From positions 5,580,001 through 5,644,000 of the forward strand of contig CM022679.1 in NCBI GenBank assembly GCA_012295275.1: a stretch of 64,000 bases of DNA, written 5' to 3'. The stretch's first letter is position 1. The number at the start of each line of letters is the position of its first letter. This document shows, in pieces, positions 13,615-26,682 of the stretch. Under the pieces are notes generated by a model. The model was not told where the DNA came from and made no database searches. It saw only the letters and a program-made list of their open reading frames with translations. Origin of the DNA: Chrysomallon squamiferum (taxonomy: Eukaryota; Animalia; Mollusca). The translations under genes were made by a program, and so were the position numbers.

Positions 13615-14886
13615 AATATTAAATTAAAAAAAAAAAAAATTTAAAAAATAATAATTGTAAAATATAATTAACAAATAAAAATGAAAAATTACTTATGGTA
13701 ATGTGAATTAAATAGTAAAGATATTTTGATAAAGAGACTTAGCTTCTCCAAATTATTATTTTGTTTGTAAGGAAACCACTGCTAACAGTAATTATAACAA
13801 ATATGCAGAGATTTATCAACTGTTTTTTTTTTCTTTTTACTGTTTTTTTTCTCATGTGTTCATTATATGGTGAACCAGTAATTGTGTTAAACTGTTGTTG
13901 TTGTTTTTCTTTTAGACAAGAAGAATGAAGGCTTTGATTATCTGAATGAATTTGAGAAAGTATCTACAAACCATTACCTGTCTCATACTAATCTCATTGA
14001 AAGAAATGAACTTAATATGTCAATGAGCAGAACAGTAGATCGGTAATGTTAATATTTAGTAGAATGTTGCTTGATTTTTAAAAATATTGTTCAGTGCACT
14101 GAGGATTACAATCATTTGGCTTCTTTCATCAGTATTCTTAGTGTGCATGTCTGTGTGTGTTCTACAATCATCATATGTTATTGCAAGATTTGATAACTTG
14201 ATACATTTATAAAACATCAAGTACTGACCAGATAGAGATCCTTTTTGGAGAGAAATGTATTTACTTAGATAAATTACTTGTTAAGTATAATGTTCAGAGT
14301 TACTTCTTTAATATATAACAGCTGGTTTTAATGCTAAAACACTTATTTTGAAAACAGGTTTCATTTAAAAAATAACAAAGAAATTTCCATTTCAGTTAGT
14401 CTTGTATGATTGATGTTTCAGAAAGCTGTCGTAATGTTACCTTGCTAGTGTAATATTGTTTTTACATATTGTTATATTCTCTTATATTAAAAATATGTTG
14501 AAGTACATTTCACATAAGACTGCATTTCTTTCACAATGCCTGAACAACCTGTCACAATTTTTATCTTCCCATTCTTTTTAGTTTCCTATCAGTCTTGTCA
14601 AAATAATATAAAACTGTGTGTATCTGTGAATGTTTGTGTGTGTGAATGCATACACGTTTATATTTATTTATATTTTGCATTTAGTTCAGTATAAATATAG
14701 ATTGTGTAGGGATGTGGGTGTGTTGCTACTTATTTTTATTCCATTTTCAGATCAGTATCAGATGAGAGAGTAAATAACTTGTCAGAAGAGTCTAATGACA
14801 TCAGTCAGATTAAAAACATGCTCCTGATGTTGATTAATGAGAGACAGCAAACACAAATATGGCATGAGAAAGATAAAGATGCTTAA
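191..14886 (+). CDS. TRPM-family (TRPM2-like) cation channel, copy A; 5' part outside window; two 1-nt indels (pseudogene or assembly error)
   Basis: AG/GT-bounded, phase-compatible exons: 191-266, 1625-1722, 2211-2342, 2673-2735, 3109-3202, 6741-6890, 7338-7437, 9328-9553, 9848-10083, 10409-10553, 11087-11341, 11743-11917, 12387-12543, 13050-13237, 13916-14042, 14751-14886 (TAA). TRPM motifs: LALEWNxxDIA, LFIWAVLFN, IEEIRQ, WNKFD, IGPKVIMI, PYLQMYGELFL, NLVIAMF, TRP box WRFHR..LITEY..P.LVPPF. Relative to copy B there is a -1 indel near 9926 and a +1 indel near 10441. Confidence 0.9.
1871..1950. repeat. Perfect 25-bp tandem repeat x3
   Basis: taaaattcttctatagtaaaaatat repeated three times; single diverged copy in the B intron (about 30890). 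Confidence 0.9.
7839..9005. mobile_element. About 1.17 kb insertion specific to a TRPM-A intron (solo LTR or non-autonomous element)
   Basis: Copy B has the empty site cctatacttgtatttgaaga (about 35957). Copy A has TGTCACAG...CTGTCACA termini with acttgt repeated at both junctions (7836-7841, 9005-9010). No coding remnant recognised. Confidence 0.55.
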
Positions 14887-17610
14887 CCCTTTTTGCAAAG
14901 TGTACTGATGATTTATGAAAACAGTTTTTATCACAAGGTTTGTCGTAGATGTCTTAAAAAGAATTAAGTGACTGTGTGATCAGTTCAAGTAACTGATTAT
15001 TTTATTCTTTGTGTTCAGACTTTGCTAATGATTATATACAATTAATTGTTTATAAGATTGCAAACAGTCTGACAGTCTCTTTTATGTCAATTAGTAAACA
15101 GAAATGAAAATGTATTTCAACGAAGCTAAATCTTCTGTTTAACAGGGATTTTTCTATTCTTCTCTCCATCAAATGAGATCATAAAATAAAATAAAATTAT
15201 TCCTTCATCATTTTTAATTTTATTGAAATTCTCTATTAGTAGTAAAGATTTGTACCTGAACATAAGACAGTAACTCTTTAATGTACAACATATATTTAAA
15301 TAATTTTATTACTTTGCTTAATGATAAGAAAAGATAGCTGATAAAAAATAAAATAAGCAATTGCTTCAATGAATGCAAAATTATGAGCAAACTGTTTCTA
15401 TCTTTGCAATTACAACTCATTGAATTTATAAAGTCTTATAGTGATGTGTGAAGAATATTTTTACAAAATCCATAGGAAAATGAAAAGGAACAATATTATG
15501 GTATGAAGAATTGTGATTATAATGGATGATACTCATTGCATGACTCATATTAATTCGCTGAATGTTTTAACATTTACAACCATCATTTATGATAGTATAT
15601 CTAATTATTATTACATGCAGATTGTTCCTGTTTTTCTAATATATATATATTTTTTTACTGAACTATTTAATTATTATTTTATCAGTGAAACCCATTATAT
15701 ATGCAGATATTTTTACTCAGATCTTTAAAAACATTTTATTATTTTTATTTTCGTCTTGTACATGTTTACATGATAAATTATTTTTAGATGAAAATAACAA
15801 TATATTATTTATTAGTTTACATATCCTAAATGTCCAACTTTCATGTGGCAAAATGTATTATATGGGATATTTATTTGTAACATGATGTATATATAATTAA
15901 TAGTAAGACATGAGTGCATAATACATAAATATATTTTTAAAACCAACTATTTTTGTAAACTTTTTATTTGCAACTTTTTAAAAATAACTATTAATAACTT
16001 TATTTAGAATAGTATCAGTCTGTGTGTGTATTTAATTCTAACACTGCCATTAGTATTGCATAAAACTAGCAAAAAATAATCACTGTATTTTATTTACATG
16101 GTGTTTCTGCATAATATAAAATGTATGAGAGCTAGAACAATACATAAGTATTTAGAAAATGTTTATCTAAAAAAAATGGCATAACTGCTGAAAATTTGAT
16201 TTTATCAATTTATCAATAAATAAAACTATTAGATTCACCAATATGAAATTTTGATTATAAAATTTAATTAAAGATGGTGATTGTTATTCAAAAAACAATA
16301 TTTTTTGTTTACATTTTCATCTTCAAAATTCAGCTCTCATGCAATGATAAATGTATTATAATTGTGCAAGACAGACGTGTGTGTATATGTGTGCATTGTA
16401 ACAATCATTGTAATACTTGCATTTATTTTTAATCCATCCTCTAAATATATGTTTACCATATATATTAGCATTTACAAAGTATATGAATAACTAATGATAT
16501 CTTTTTGATTGGCGCCTTTTGTCGAATTTTAATATGAAAGCTTTTTAAAACAACAATATTTTTAAAAACATTTTTCAGTTACATAGTTATGAAATATTTT
16601 GTTTCATTCCATGTTTAACTGTTTGTTTAATTTATTTATATAGGTTTGTATTTGTGATAATATATGAGTTTTATAATGATATATAAATATTTAAAAATTG
16701 ATTATTTTAGACGACAACACAAATGTGTTAGATTTCATATTTGAAAATGCTTACATGCTAGATTTGTTTTTTATTATTCTTTTATATTATGTTGTTTTGT
16801 TTTTTTGTTGTTGTTTTTTTTGTTTTTGTTTGGGTTTTTTCAATGAGAGAAATTTGTTGTTCTTTATTAATTTATTTTAATACACTTTGGAACAGTTTTA
16901 TCATAACTTTTTACTAGCATTTTTATTGATTTTTAGCACAATTTCTCATTTAAATATTTTTGTTTTTATAGTGTTTATAAAAATATACTTTTTAAATTAT
17001 ATATAAAATTATTTTTAAAACATAGTGCCTCTGATTATAAAAGTATTTGATCTTTTACTTTATTGTTCCATTTGAAATAGATAATGTTCTACATTTTTTA
17101 TGCCCTTCCTTTTAAAATTTGTTGGCTTGTTCAGAAAACTTTTGTTTCTAAAATAGTTGGAAAATTTGAAAAGTAAAAACATGGAGTATTTCAAAGGTTA
17201 GTCCCACATAACTACAACAGTTCTCCAGAAGAATCTGTATGGCACAAGAACTGACCTACAGAGAACACACTATTATTCATAGCCACCACTGCCCTTGACA
17301 TAGAGTCAACAAGCGACTGAAAAAAAAAATGTCTAAATACAAGATTTCAGTATAACTGAAATTATATGAATTGGGTCACAAGATATTTGCTAAAGAAAAT
17401 ATAAACTTTATTAATCAGCCAGTAATTATTAATAATTTAAATTTTGATTTTAATAATTCTAACACTGCTACTAATGTTGCATACAACTACCAAAAAAAAT
17501 ATTTTCTGTATTTTATTGACACAGATTTGTGTTTGTGGAAATATATGAGAGTTAGAATATATATAAACATTTAGGAATTGATTTTTTTTATTTATTTATT
17601 TATTTATTTG

Positions 17611-17650
<40 letters not shown>

Positions 17651-17849
17651 TAAATGACGTAAAGGAGTATTTGGTTTTCTTGACAGTAATTTTGTGTTGA
17701 AAATGAGTATAAAAATCTTTTAACAAACAAAACTATTAGATCCACTGATATCAATTAACCTGATTGAATTTCAGAAAATTTTATTTTATTTTTTTAGTTT
17801 ACATATGGCATAATAATAATATACCTTTTAAAATCTAGCTCTCACACAG

Positions 17850-18570
17850 TAAAATATATTATATGGAATACTCATCTGTAACAAGATGTGTATATAATTA
17901 ATAGTAAGATATGAGTGTATAACATAAATATATTTTTAAAACCAACTATTTGTGTAACACTTTTATTTTAATTTTATTTTAATCATTCTAACATTGCTAC
18001 TTGTACTGCATACAACTCGCAAAAATATTCACCGTATTTTATTTACATAGATTTGTGTTTGTGCATAATATAAAACAGGCGAGAGCTAGAAAGATAAATA
18101 AGTTTTTAGAAAATGTTTATTTAAAAAAATGACATAATGAAGGAAAATGTGATTTTCTTGATTTATAAATAAATATTAGATTCACCAACATGAATTTTGG
18201 TGATAAAATTTAATTAAAGATGGTGAGCATTTACTGTTTACATTTTCCTCTTCAACATTTAGCTCTCATGCAATGATAAAGGTTTTATAATTGTGCAAAA
18301 CAGAAGTGTGTGTATACATTATAACAATCTTTTTAATACTTGTATTTACCTTTAATCCATCTTCTAAATATATTTATACCATATATTTTACAATTTACAA
18401 AGTATATAGATAACTAATGATATTTTATTTTTTCTTGGTTTGGTTGATGTGTTTTTTAGAATTTTAATATGAAATCTTTTTAAAATAAAATATATTTAAA
18501 AAAAACATTTTTCAGTTATGTATTTTTGAAATAATATTTTGTTTCATTCTCTGTTTAACTGTTTGTTATC
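17850..18570 (+). repeat. Local tandem duplicate of about 15850-16630 in the TRPM-A 3' flank
   Basis: Shared blocks gatgt.tatataattaatagtaaga.atgagtg, aaaaccaactattt, gctctcatgcaatgataaa, tttacaaagtatat at about 2 kb spacing. Confidence 0.8.
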
Positions 18571-19349
18571 ACAATGGAGTTGAATCTAAATAAATAATTA
18601 ATTGCTTTGAAAATGTTAGTGTGAAGTTTCAGAGACTTTAAATAAAAGCAGATAAATAAAAATGTAAAACAAATTTAATATTAATTTCACCATTTATTCT
18701 CCTTGGCAGTTTCTATGAATACATTTAGCATATAAAATAATTTAGACAAATTGTAGAATCTTTATTTTTTTTCAGTTGTGGTAAATTCAGAAAATAAAAC
18801 ACTATACTGGGATCTAAATGTATCAAGATATTTCAACTTGTGTTCCTTTGTATTTCTTTATCATATACTTTTACATCTTAAAATATACAACATGAAATTA
18901 TTGTAATGTTTTCATTTAATACTTATATTTAATATTACATACAGGTAGATTTTGCTAGCAAAATTTAGGAATGAAATAAAGCAATAAGCTAGATTTTTTA
19001 GTTTCCACCGTATCAGGTAGATATCATATATATATATATATATATATACACATACATACATATATAGATATATAGATAGATATTGGCTCATTAACTATTC
19101 TGTACACCAAAACCGATCCACATTCTAACATGATCTTAGCGTCAATAGATCCAGAGTAAAAAAATCTTATTATGTAATTATCAAATATATCAGATTGCAT
19201 CCCTTTGAAAATATGAAAGTTGTTGCTTCGAATTACATCTATTTTGTTTTGAAAAAGACATGTGAACTGCTGACCCCAAAAGTGCAAAGCAATGACATGA
19301 GAGCCAGTCTAAATAAATGGGTGGTGGGCATTGCTGCCGTTACTGATGA

Positions 19350-20708
19350 TATGGCGTAATACTTGAGACATTTAGGCATTTAGCCTCATTCCCAAGACCC
19401 TCAGACATCAGGCCTAATGACTACAATTTCCAGGAATTAGGCCAAATGACTGCATTTTGGTTTGTATTGTTTGACATACTGCCTGATAGCAGTTCAGGCA
19501 ATCATGGGTTTAATGCTTTGCTTACATCTGTTCATGTAGGGATTAGTGGTTCAATTCAATTCTTTATTATCGTAAGCTTTACAGCTTATTGATACACAAT
19601 ATCAATAACAAAAAAATGCAAGAAGTACAAATAGTGACAGTATGATAAAAAAGAAAAAAACAACTTTGGAGAATATAAATAATATAACACATAAATTATA
19701 TATAACTAACCAAAGCTTTTTCTACCTGGAATGCTTTAAACAAATATTTTCCCTAATTACACAGTGATTTCTTATTTTCAATCTCATCCTCAAACTCACC
19801 ACTGTTATATAATATAAATATTCTTTCTGCTCTCTCAGTATTCCTATATCTCTCAGTCTCAGCCGCCAGCTGATGTGAAGATAGCCTCACTTTTGTTAGG
19901 TATCTGTTATAGATCATTGGTTTAGATAAAACTAAATAAAACTGAATTATCATACCCAATTTATAATATTTGTGGTTGACCCTTTAACATTTAAAATATT
20001 TTTACAAAAATCTAAGTGAATTTTCTCAATAACATCTGCTTTTTGAAAGCCCCATATCTCACTACCATAAAACAGCACACTAGTTACTAGTCTAAAAGTG
20101 ACAGTAGAGAAATATAATTTAAAGACATATTATTTACACTCTTCTTGAGAGCATATGTTGCCTTATTGTTGTGTTATTCTTACATTAAAGACCAATGATG
20201 TTAATACCAACAGTCAAATAGATTTAATTCTTTGCTTACATCTGTTCCGAAAAGGCAAATATTCCAGGAACCAGTCTGATGTATGTCCCCAGAGACTATT
20301 GATGGATGATGTGAACAGAGAATGCACAATGTCTCTTAGAGAAGCAGTGTCAAAAGAGTCATCTGACAGCAGGGTCAAAGTGTTTGTGAAGTGCAACTGT
20401 GAGGTGACAAAGATGTGGGAAACAAAACACTGTAAATGTTTAAGGAACAATCTTTTGTGCAATTCAAGATGTCATAAGTTTGGACTGCTGTAATAAATAG
20501 AACACTACTTGATGTGTTTCAAAATAAATGTTTTTGAGCATCTGCAAGTCATTCTTTTTTATTTGGTCATTTTCCTTAATGACTCGAGGTCTATGTCAGT
20601 TGTTTGGTTTAATACCTGGACATTTTAGTCATTAGGCCAAACACCTGACGGTCTTGGGTGTTAGGCTAATCGCCCAAACATTTCAGGCATTAGACCAAAT
20701 GACTAGTT
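19350..20708 (+). mobile_element. TIR element with KRBA2/GIN-type integrase C-terminal remnant (Ginger-like)
   Basis: About 90-100 bp imperfect inverted repeats (cccaagacc.tcag...ggcctaatgacta at about 19390-19425 vs tagtcattaggcc...ctgacggtcttggg at about 20627-20660). Internal ORF KGKYSRNQ..C...SLREAVSKES...FVKCNC...CKCLRNNLLCNSRCH matches my recollection of the Cys-rich tail of KRBA2/SCAND3-like integrases. Confidence 0.7.
19550..20085 (-). mobile_element. 3' fragment of a CR1/L2-like LINE nested in the TIR element
   Basis: Minus ORF YLTKVRLSSHQLAAETERY...ERI....SGE.EDE resembles the post-RT LRxSSHxLxIETGRY motif; upstream YGSEIWGF-like peptide; aataaa followed by an (attga)n tail at 19550-19568. 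Confidence 0.65.
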
Positions 20709-20738
20709 TGATAAACTGACTGTAATGTGTGTGTGTGT

Positions 20739-20775
<37 letters not shown>

Positions 20776-21946
20776 CAAAACAAAGTATCTAATGCAGTAA
20801 CATAGAGCGAATAAATTTTAACAAATGTAAATTGAACTATTAGGAAACTGTAGTCCGTTCTAATATTTAATGTGTTTAAATAAAAGTAAAGAAAAATGCA
20901 CCAAATCCAGTATGTTAATAAAAACAACTACTACTACTATAACAACTACAACAACTTTAATTTGTTAGAAAAAATTAACAGATTCACCCAATCTCATGGT
21001 TTAGAGAAGACGACTCTAAACTATCGAACGTTTAACGTAATGAATTGTTTTCCTTACTCGATAAACTGAATGAATAAATGAGCTTCCTGGCAGACTTTAC
21101 TGAGGAGCTTTGGAGAGGAGAAATCTGGAATCACGAGTTATCGTTCCCGTTGGTCCACACTGGAATAAAGGCAGCGTGTAATACCAGCGAACAGTTTATC
21201 GCATATCAGTTCTTTCAAACAAATAGTTCACTGTTTCAATAACAGTATAAATGTCTAAGATATTAAACATTTAGACTTTTATTATAAAATAAAGGACGCG
21301 CATATTAGGGCTACAGAAAAAAGTAAAATATGGGATATATAGAGTAATTTATTTAACAAATATGGTGTTTGTTATGTATTAATCCGATCGGACAAATTGT
21401 CAGCTAGCTGCATTACCGAAAAATCACATTTAGCATATTTATTTCTTTTGTTGTACATCTATTTTTCTCAAGTTTAATACTTCATAATTAATTGCAGTTT
21501 CATCATTTCATACTGATTATTGTTTTATATATCTGCCATGTTTATTTCCTTTAATAGGATCCATCAAGCTAAAAATATTATTATTTTTTTTATTATTATT
21601 ACTTTTTTAATAAATAAATAAATAAATTTAAAAATAATAATGATAATTAAATTTGAAAAATTAAAATAAATATAATTTATGTTCTCAGATGTGTGCTACG
21701 TGGAAAAAACTGATTTCTTTCATTTTCCTCTTTCTTGTTTAAAAACCGAAAATAAAATCATTTGAAACTTTTTATTTATAAAAATAACTACCAAAAAAAA
21801 AAAATGAATTTTCTAAATTCTTTACTTATCTAAAAATGCCCTCCAATTGAGTCCTAGTCATTCAAGTAAACTGTTAGTAAATATTCAAACAAAATTTGAC
21901 AAAAATGGAAAGATCAGGGGGAAAAATACTAAAATAATAATAATAA

Positions 21947-21985
<39 letters not shown>

Positions 21986-22409
21986 ATCAGTTTGGATTTT
22001 TCAAAAGAAAATAACTAAGTGATATGACGACAGTTAAATGTTATCCCAAAAACCCTTAATTCTTCAAGTTCTATAATATTTGTTTGAATACAATCGGGGG
22101 GGGGGGTAAAAATCATTTGCTTTGCAGGCGTTCCACTTTTTTTTTAGTATCTATTTATTTATTTATTTTTAATTTGAGGTAGATACGATTACTGGTTATT
22201 TGACAATGAAGCTGGAACGAAAAAGGAAAAACATTAGCTGATAATGTATTTTGACACAGAGTTACTTCCTATGATAACTTGTTATATTAACCAACCGATA
22301 ACTCTTCGATGTAACGGTTCTAAATGATTTTGCTGGCTTCGCTTTAGCACAAATACTCATTTAAAAAAAATTAAATTTATATTTATTTTTATTTATTTAT
22401 TTTTAATAA

Positions 22410-22860
22410 TGTGTATTTCTGCCGGAACTGCGTCCGCCATTTTCTGCCAAATCCGTGTGACCGGGATTTCCCCGATGGCGAGTGGTGTCTCTGCGTAAAT
22501 CGCTTCTCATTAGTCAGGGGCTGGGAGTTTCGGTTATCCCTGATAGTATAATAAGCGGGAAATTCCCGTATACTCACTCGTTTTCGAATTTTTCAATTCG
22601 GTCAATTCGTTCGTTTCGGAGGAGAGTTCGAAAATTTGTTTCGTATTCAACACGTTAAAATCGGTCGTTTTCGATATCGGAGGATAATCTAAGGTAGATG
22701 GAGGCGAAGAACAATATTTAATTTTATTATATGTGAATTTATATTGAAATCTGACACGGCTGAGAAAAGTTACAAACGCCGGAAAGAGGAGCTGTAACAT
22801 CGAAATGGCTTCAAAATCAAACATGGCGGATGAAAATTCGATCTCTTAAAACGTCAGAAT
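22410..22860. promoter_or_regulatory. CpG-rich promoter-like island upstream of TRPM-B with kappaB, ETS and YY1-like motifs
   Basis: Marked CpG/GC enrichment over background; GGGATTTCCC 22463-22472, GGGAAATTCCC 22557-22567, CCGGAA at 22422 and 22779, CCGCCATTTT 22434-22443, ACATGGCGG 22821-22829. Confidence 0.45.
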
Positions 22861-24286
22861 TAAAATATGCTGTATTACTAATTATTTATATTGCATTTTT
22901 AATAGCTTGAATTGAGAGGACTAGTTACCATCTATCTTCAGTCCAAATTTCACTAATAAAATTTCATTATTAAGAAAGTTACATGCATTTTAGTGAAAAA
23001 CAATAGGATTTTGGTCATGCCATTGTAATGCAAATGCATTAAATAATAGGACAATTAATTAGTGTTAATTGAAAACGTTAAAATGCTGTAACTTCCTTAA
23101 TACTCAACAGAATCACATGATGTTTGTTGTTTTTATAGGGTTTTTAGAGTTCTTTTCAGCAATGTTATTTATGTTGAAGTTGGTAGTGTTTGAATTTTTT
23201 GTCCACATAAATTATTGTTTGTTAGGCTGCTGGTACCTTAATTAATAACTTCTTTTTAATTTTTAAAAAAGAGATTGGCATTGGTCTTCACTGAAAATTT
23301 CATCAAGAAAGCTTGATTATTAACAAAGATAGAGGGGAAAATGTTAAAATATTACTATTTTTGGTCACAAACCTCTAATGACTTATATAGCGTTTAATCG
23401 GAAGAAAAAAAATTGCTTTTCAGGGGGTTTAAAATTGCTGCTACTTCCTTAATTTTTTACATATTCACTTGATCTTGGTATCATTTTAAAGTGGTTTACA
23501 AGCTCTATCCAACTGTCTTGACAAATTTGTCCACATACCTGAAATAGCCAATAGATATGGGGTTGTTTTTTTTCAAGAAAGGGACTTATCGTCCTAGGAT
23601 ACAAAAAATAAACAGACGGTAAAACAAACGTTATTACAATACTTTTAACAAATGTTCATTGTTGCATTATTTAGGGATTTTACTGAAAACACTATTGAAT
23701 AATGACAAAAAACAATTTAAATATATGATTTATTTTCTGATACAATAAAAAGGCATAAGCAGGTGCTTGTATTATGATACTATGTTACTAGTGTTAGTGG
23801 ATCGTTTTATGAAACAATCATTTGTAAGTTTGTTGGTTTTTTTTTGGGGGGGTATCTTTTGTTTCAACCGTTTTCAGTTTGTGATTTACTGTAGCTATAG
23901 TTTTGTTTTACTTATTCGTAATAAAAGTATAAAAGTATTTAAATTTAAAACTGAATAATAATAATAATTCATTGTTCTTCCTTTTTAGATTTGAATACAG
24001 ATTTCAAAACAATTATTTTACTTTTTATTTATTAGAACCAGTAGTAATAGAAAAAAAAGTATCATTTCAGTGAAGATTTTTCAGAACAATCTTGCAAGAC
24101 TCTTTAGTTCCTTAGTCTCACCAGTGCAGTCTTCCAGTACACAAATGAACAAACAAAGCCATGGTTTTGTAACTAATGGATGCCAGCCCAGAAATATATA
24201 TATATATAAGATTTCATATGAAATAACTTTTTATTATTTTTAATTTATTATTATTATTAACATTCTTTTATTTTTTTTATTATTAA

Positions 24287-24337
<51 letters not shown>

Positions 24338-24866
24338 CAACTATGAAGAATGAAATGAAATCCATTTTTATAGGTTTTTAATAAATTATAACTCAGGTTT
24401 CATATAGCCCAAGTATGCTCTGGCATAGAGACAAAAAAAAAGCAGTGTCTGTATAAATGTTTGAAATCTGTGCATTTTCATACTTCTGTCTTTAAATATG
24501 TGAAAGATATGATTTTCTTTTGGTGTTGTTTTTTTGTGTTTTTATTAAGTGTTCAAGCTATTTTTAAAAAATGTGTTTCTTTTGAATAATCTGGACATAA
24601 AATATTTCTGTTAGTTTAATATCGATACTGTTACATAGATTTTTTTTTTTTTTTTTTTTTCTTTTCAAATATTTTTTCTTTTCTCATGCTTTTACTTTAA
24701 TTTATATCACTGACTGTTTTTTTAAATTATTTCTTTAAAATTTGTTTTCCTTGACTGAATAAACTAAAAATGTTATTTATTTTGAAAATGAATATTATTT
24801 GATTCATTTATTTTTGCTGGTGTTGCTGTTGCTGCTATTGTTAGTAATAGTATTAGTATTAGGATG

Positions 24867-24923
<57 letters not shown>

Positions 24924-25019
24924 TTAAATATTTAGTAATAATTTCTGTTTAAAGTAATGGTTGTCAGAGTGGACATATGACAAAGGAACAGACTTCATAC
25001 CGAGTACAGAGCATACAAA

Positions 25020-26636
25020 ATGGTAGCTGAAAAAACACAAAATGAGGGTCCATTGAAATCAACTGGAGAGATCAGTTTCGAGGGTTTTGATCATCATGCA
25101 CAAAATTCTCCTGTAAATACTACTTAATCAGTTTTGTTTGCTGAATCTGAATTTAACTAAAGCAGAAAAGTCAGAAAAATAATAATGTGTGTTATTGGTT
25201 TTTCATGGACAAATATATTTATAATTTAGTCAGGAAGATATTAAATCATAAATAATATTAATAGGTTTAGTTAACTGATTGTACTGAAATCAGAAAAATA
25301 GTAAAGTATATGTTGATGACTGGGCAGATGGTTTTTTTTTTTAATGTATTCAGGAATGTATACACAGCACAACCACTGACTGAAATAATTTCAAATTCAT
25401 GTGAATTATTTTTTATCTTTATGTATTTGCATGTGTGTATGCAAAACTGCATGAATGTAATATATGTAGCTATATTATTCTAATTATTACTATTATTTTT
25501 AGTAATATTAAATTACGTATTTATTGTAATTGTTGTTGTTGTTGTTGTTGTTGTTTGAACAACTATTTCTTACTACAGTTTGTAAGACTTGGCACTAATT
25601 CTGATCCTGAAAAAGTCTGGAAACTCTTGAAGGAAGACTGGAACCTACCTACTCCAAAACTTCTCATCTCAGTTACTGGTGGTGCCAGATATTTTGATGT
25701 GAAGCCAGAAGTGAAGAGCATTCTAAAACAAGCACTGTGTCATGCTGCCACCAGCACTGGTTTGTACATAGATGAGACAAATTTTAAATAGTTTATTTTT
25801 ATTTTAAACATTTTTATCTTTCTAGTGAATGTACTAAAGTCAGTAGAATTTAAAGATATAAACAATTTATATCTAGCATTATTTTTATTTTTAACCTTTT
25901 TACCTTTGTAATAACTTCATGAATGTAACATTTTTAGTTTGTTTCTAAGAAAGTGAATAACAATATCAATCAGCTTTATTCTTTCTGTTTTATTTATTTT
26001 TTTTTTCTAAGGGGTTTTAGTATACAGAGTTATTTATTTCTATTGTAAATATGTGTTCTTTTGTCTTCATATTTATTTATTGTTTTTTGTTGTTTTTATT
26101 TTTCTTATTTTTTTTATTTATTTATTTATTTATTTTTTGCTTGTTTCATTACTGTTCTTTTTAATTGTAATTTGTAGGAGCTTGGATTATAACAGGAGGT
26201 ACAGGAACAGGCATTATGAAGATGATTGGAGAAGCTGTACATGAATATATAATGCCTTCTAGCAAACAAAATGAAAAAATTGTGACCCTTGGTATAGTAA
26301 CATGGGGAATAGTTTCCAACAGATCTGCTTTAGAGTCAAAAGGGGTGAGTTTGAATTGGCTATACTTGTACTTGCATAATTATGTGTACTCTGGTAAACT
26401 TCAGAATATACTTGTGAACTGATATAACTTTAATAAGTTAATAAGTAATAACCATAACAAAATATAAATGGAAAATTAGAACAAATAATTCAAAGAATTC
26501 ATAACTGTAAGTTAATCTTTTTTTTTTAATTTAAAATTAAAATAAACACTGAATTGTCACCTTATATAATATATGTTTAATGTATTAGTATATTAAGTAA
26601 CATCTATGTTAAGGTTTTTTATATATTTTAAAGAAT

Positions 26637-26682
<46 letters not shown>

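Noticed and set aside
23990-25019. Further N-terminal coding sequence for TRPM-B (MNKQSHGFVTNGCQP near 24145; MTKEQTSYRVQSIQ from 24977)
   Set aside because: Cannot be joined in frame without assuming a 1-nt error in the A-run at 25017-25020, and no clean donor was found. Plausible but unsupported, so the CDS start was left at 25020.
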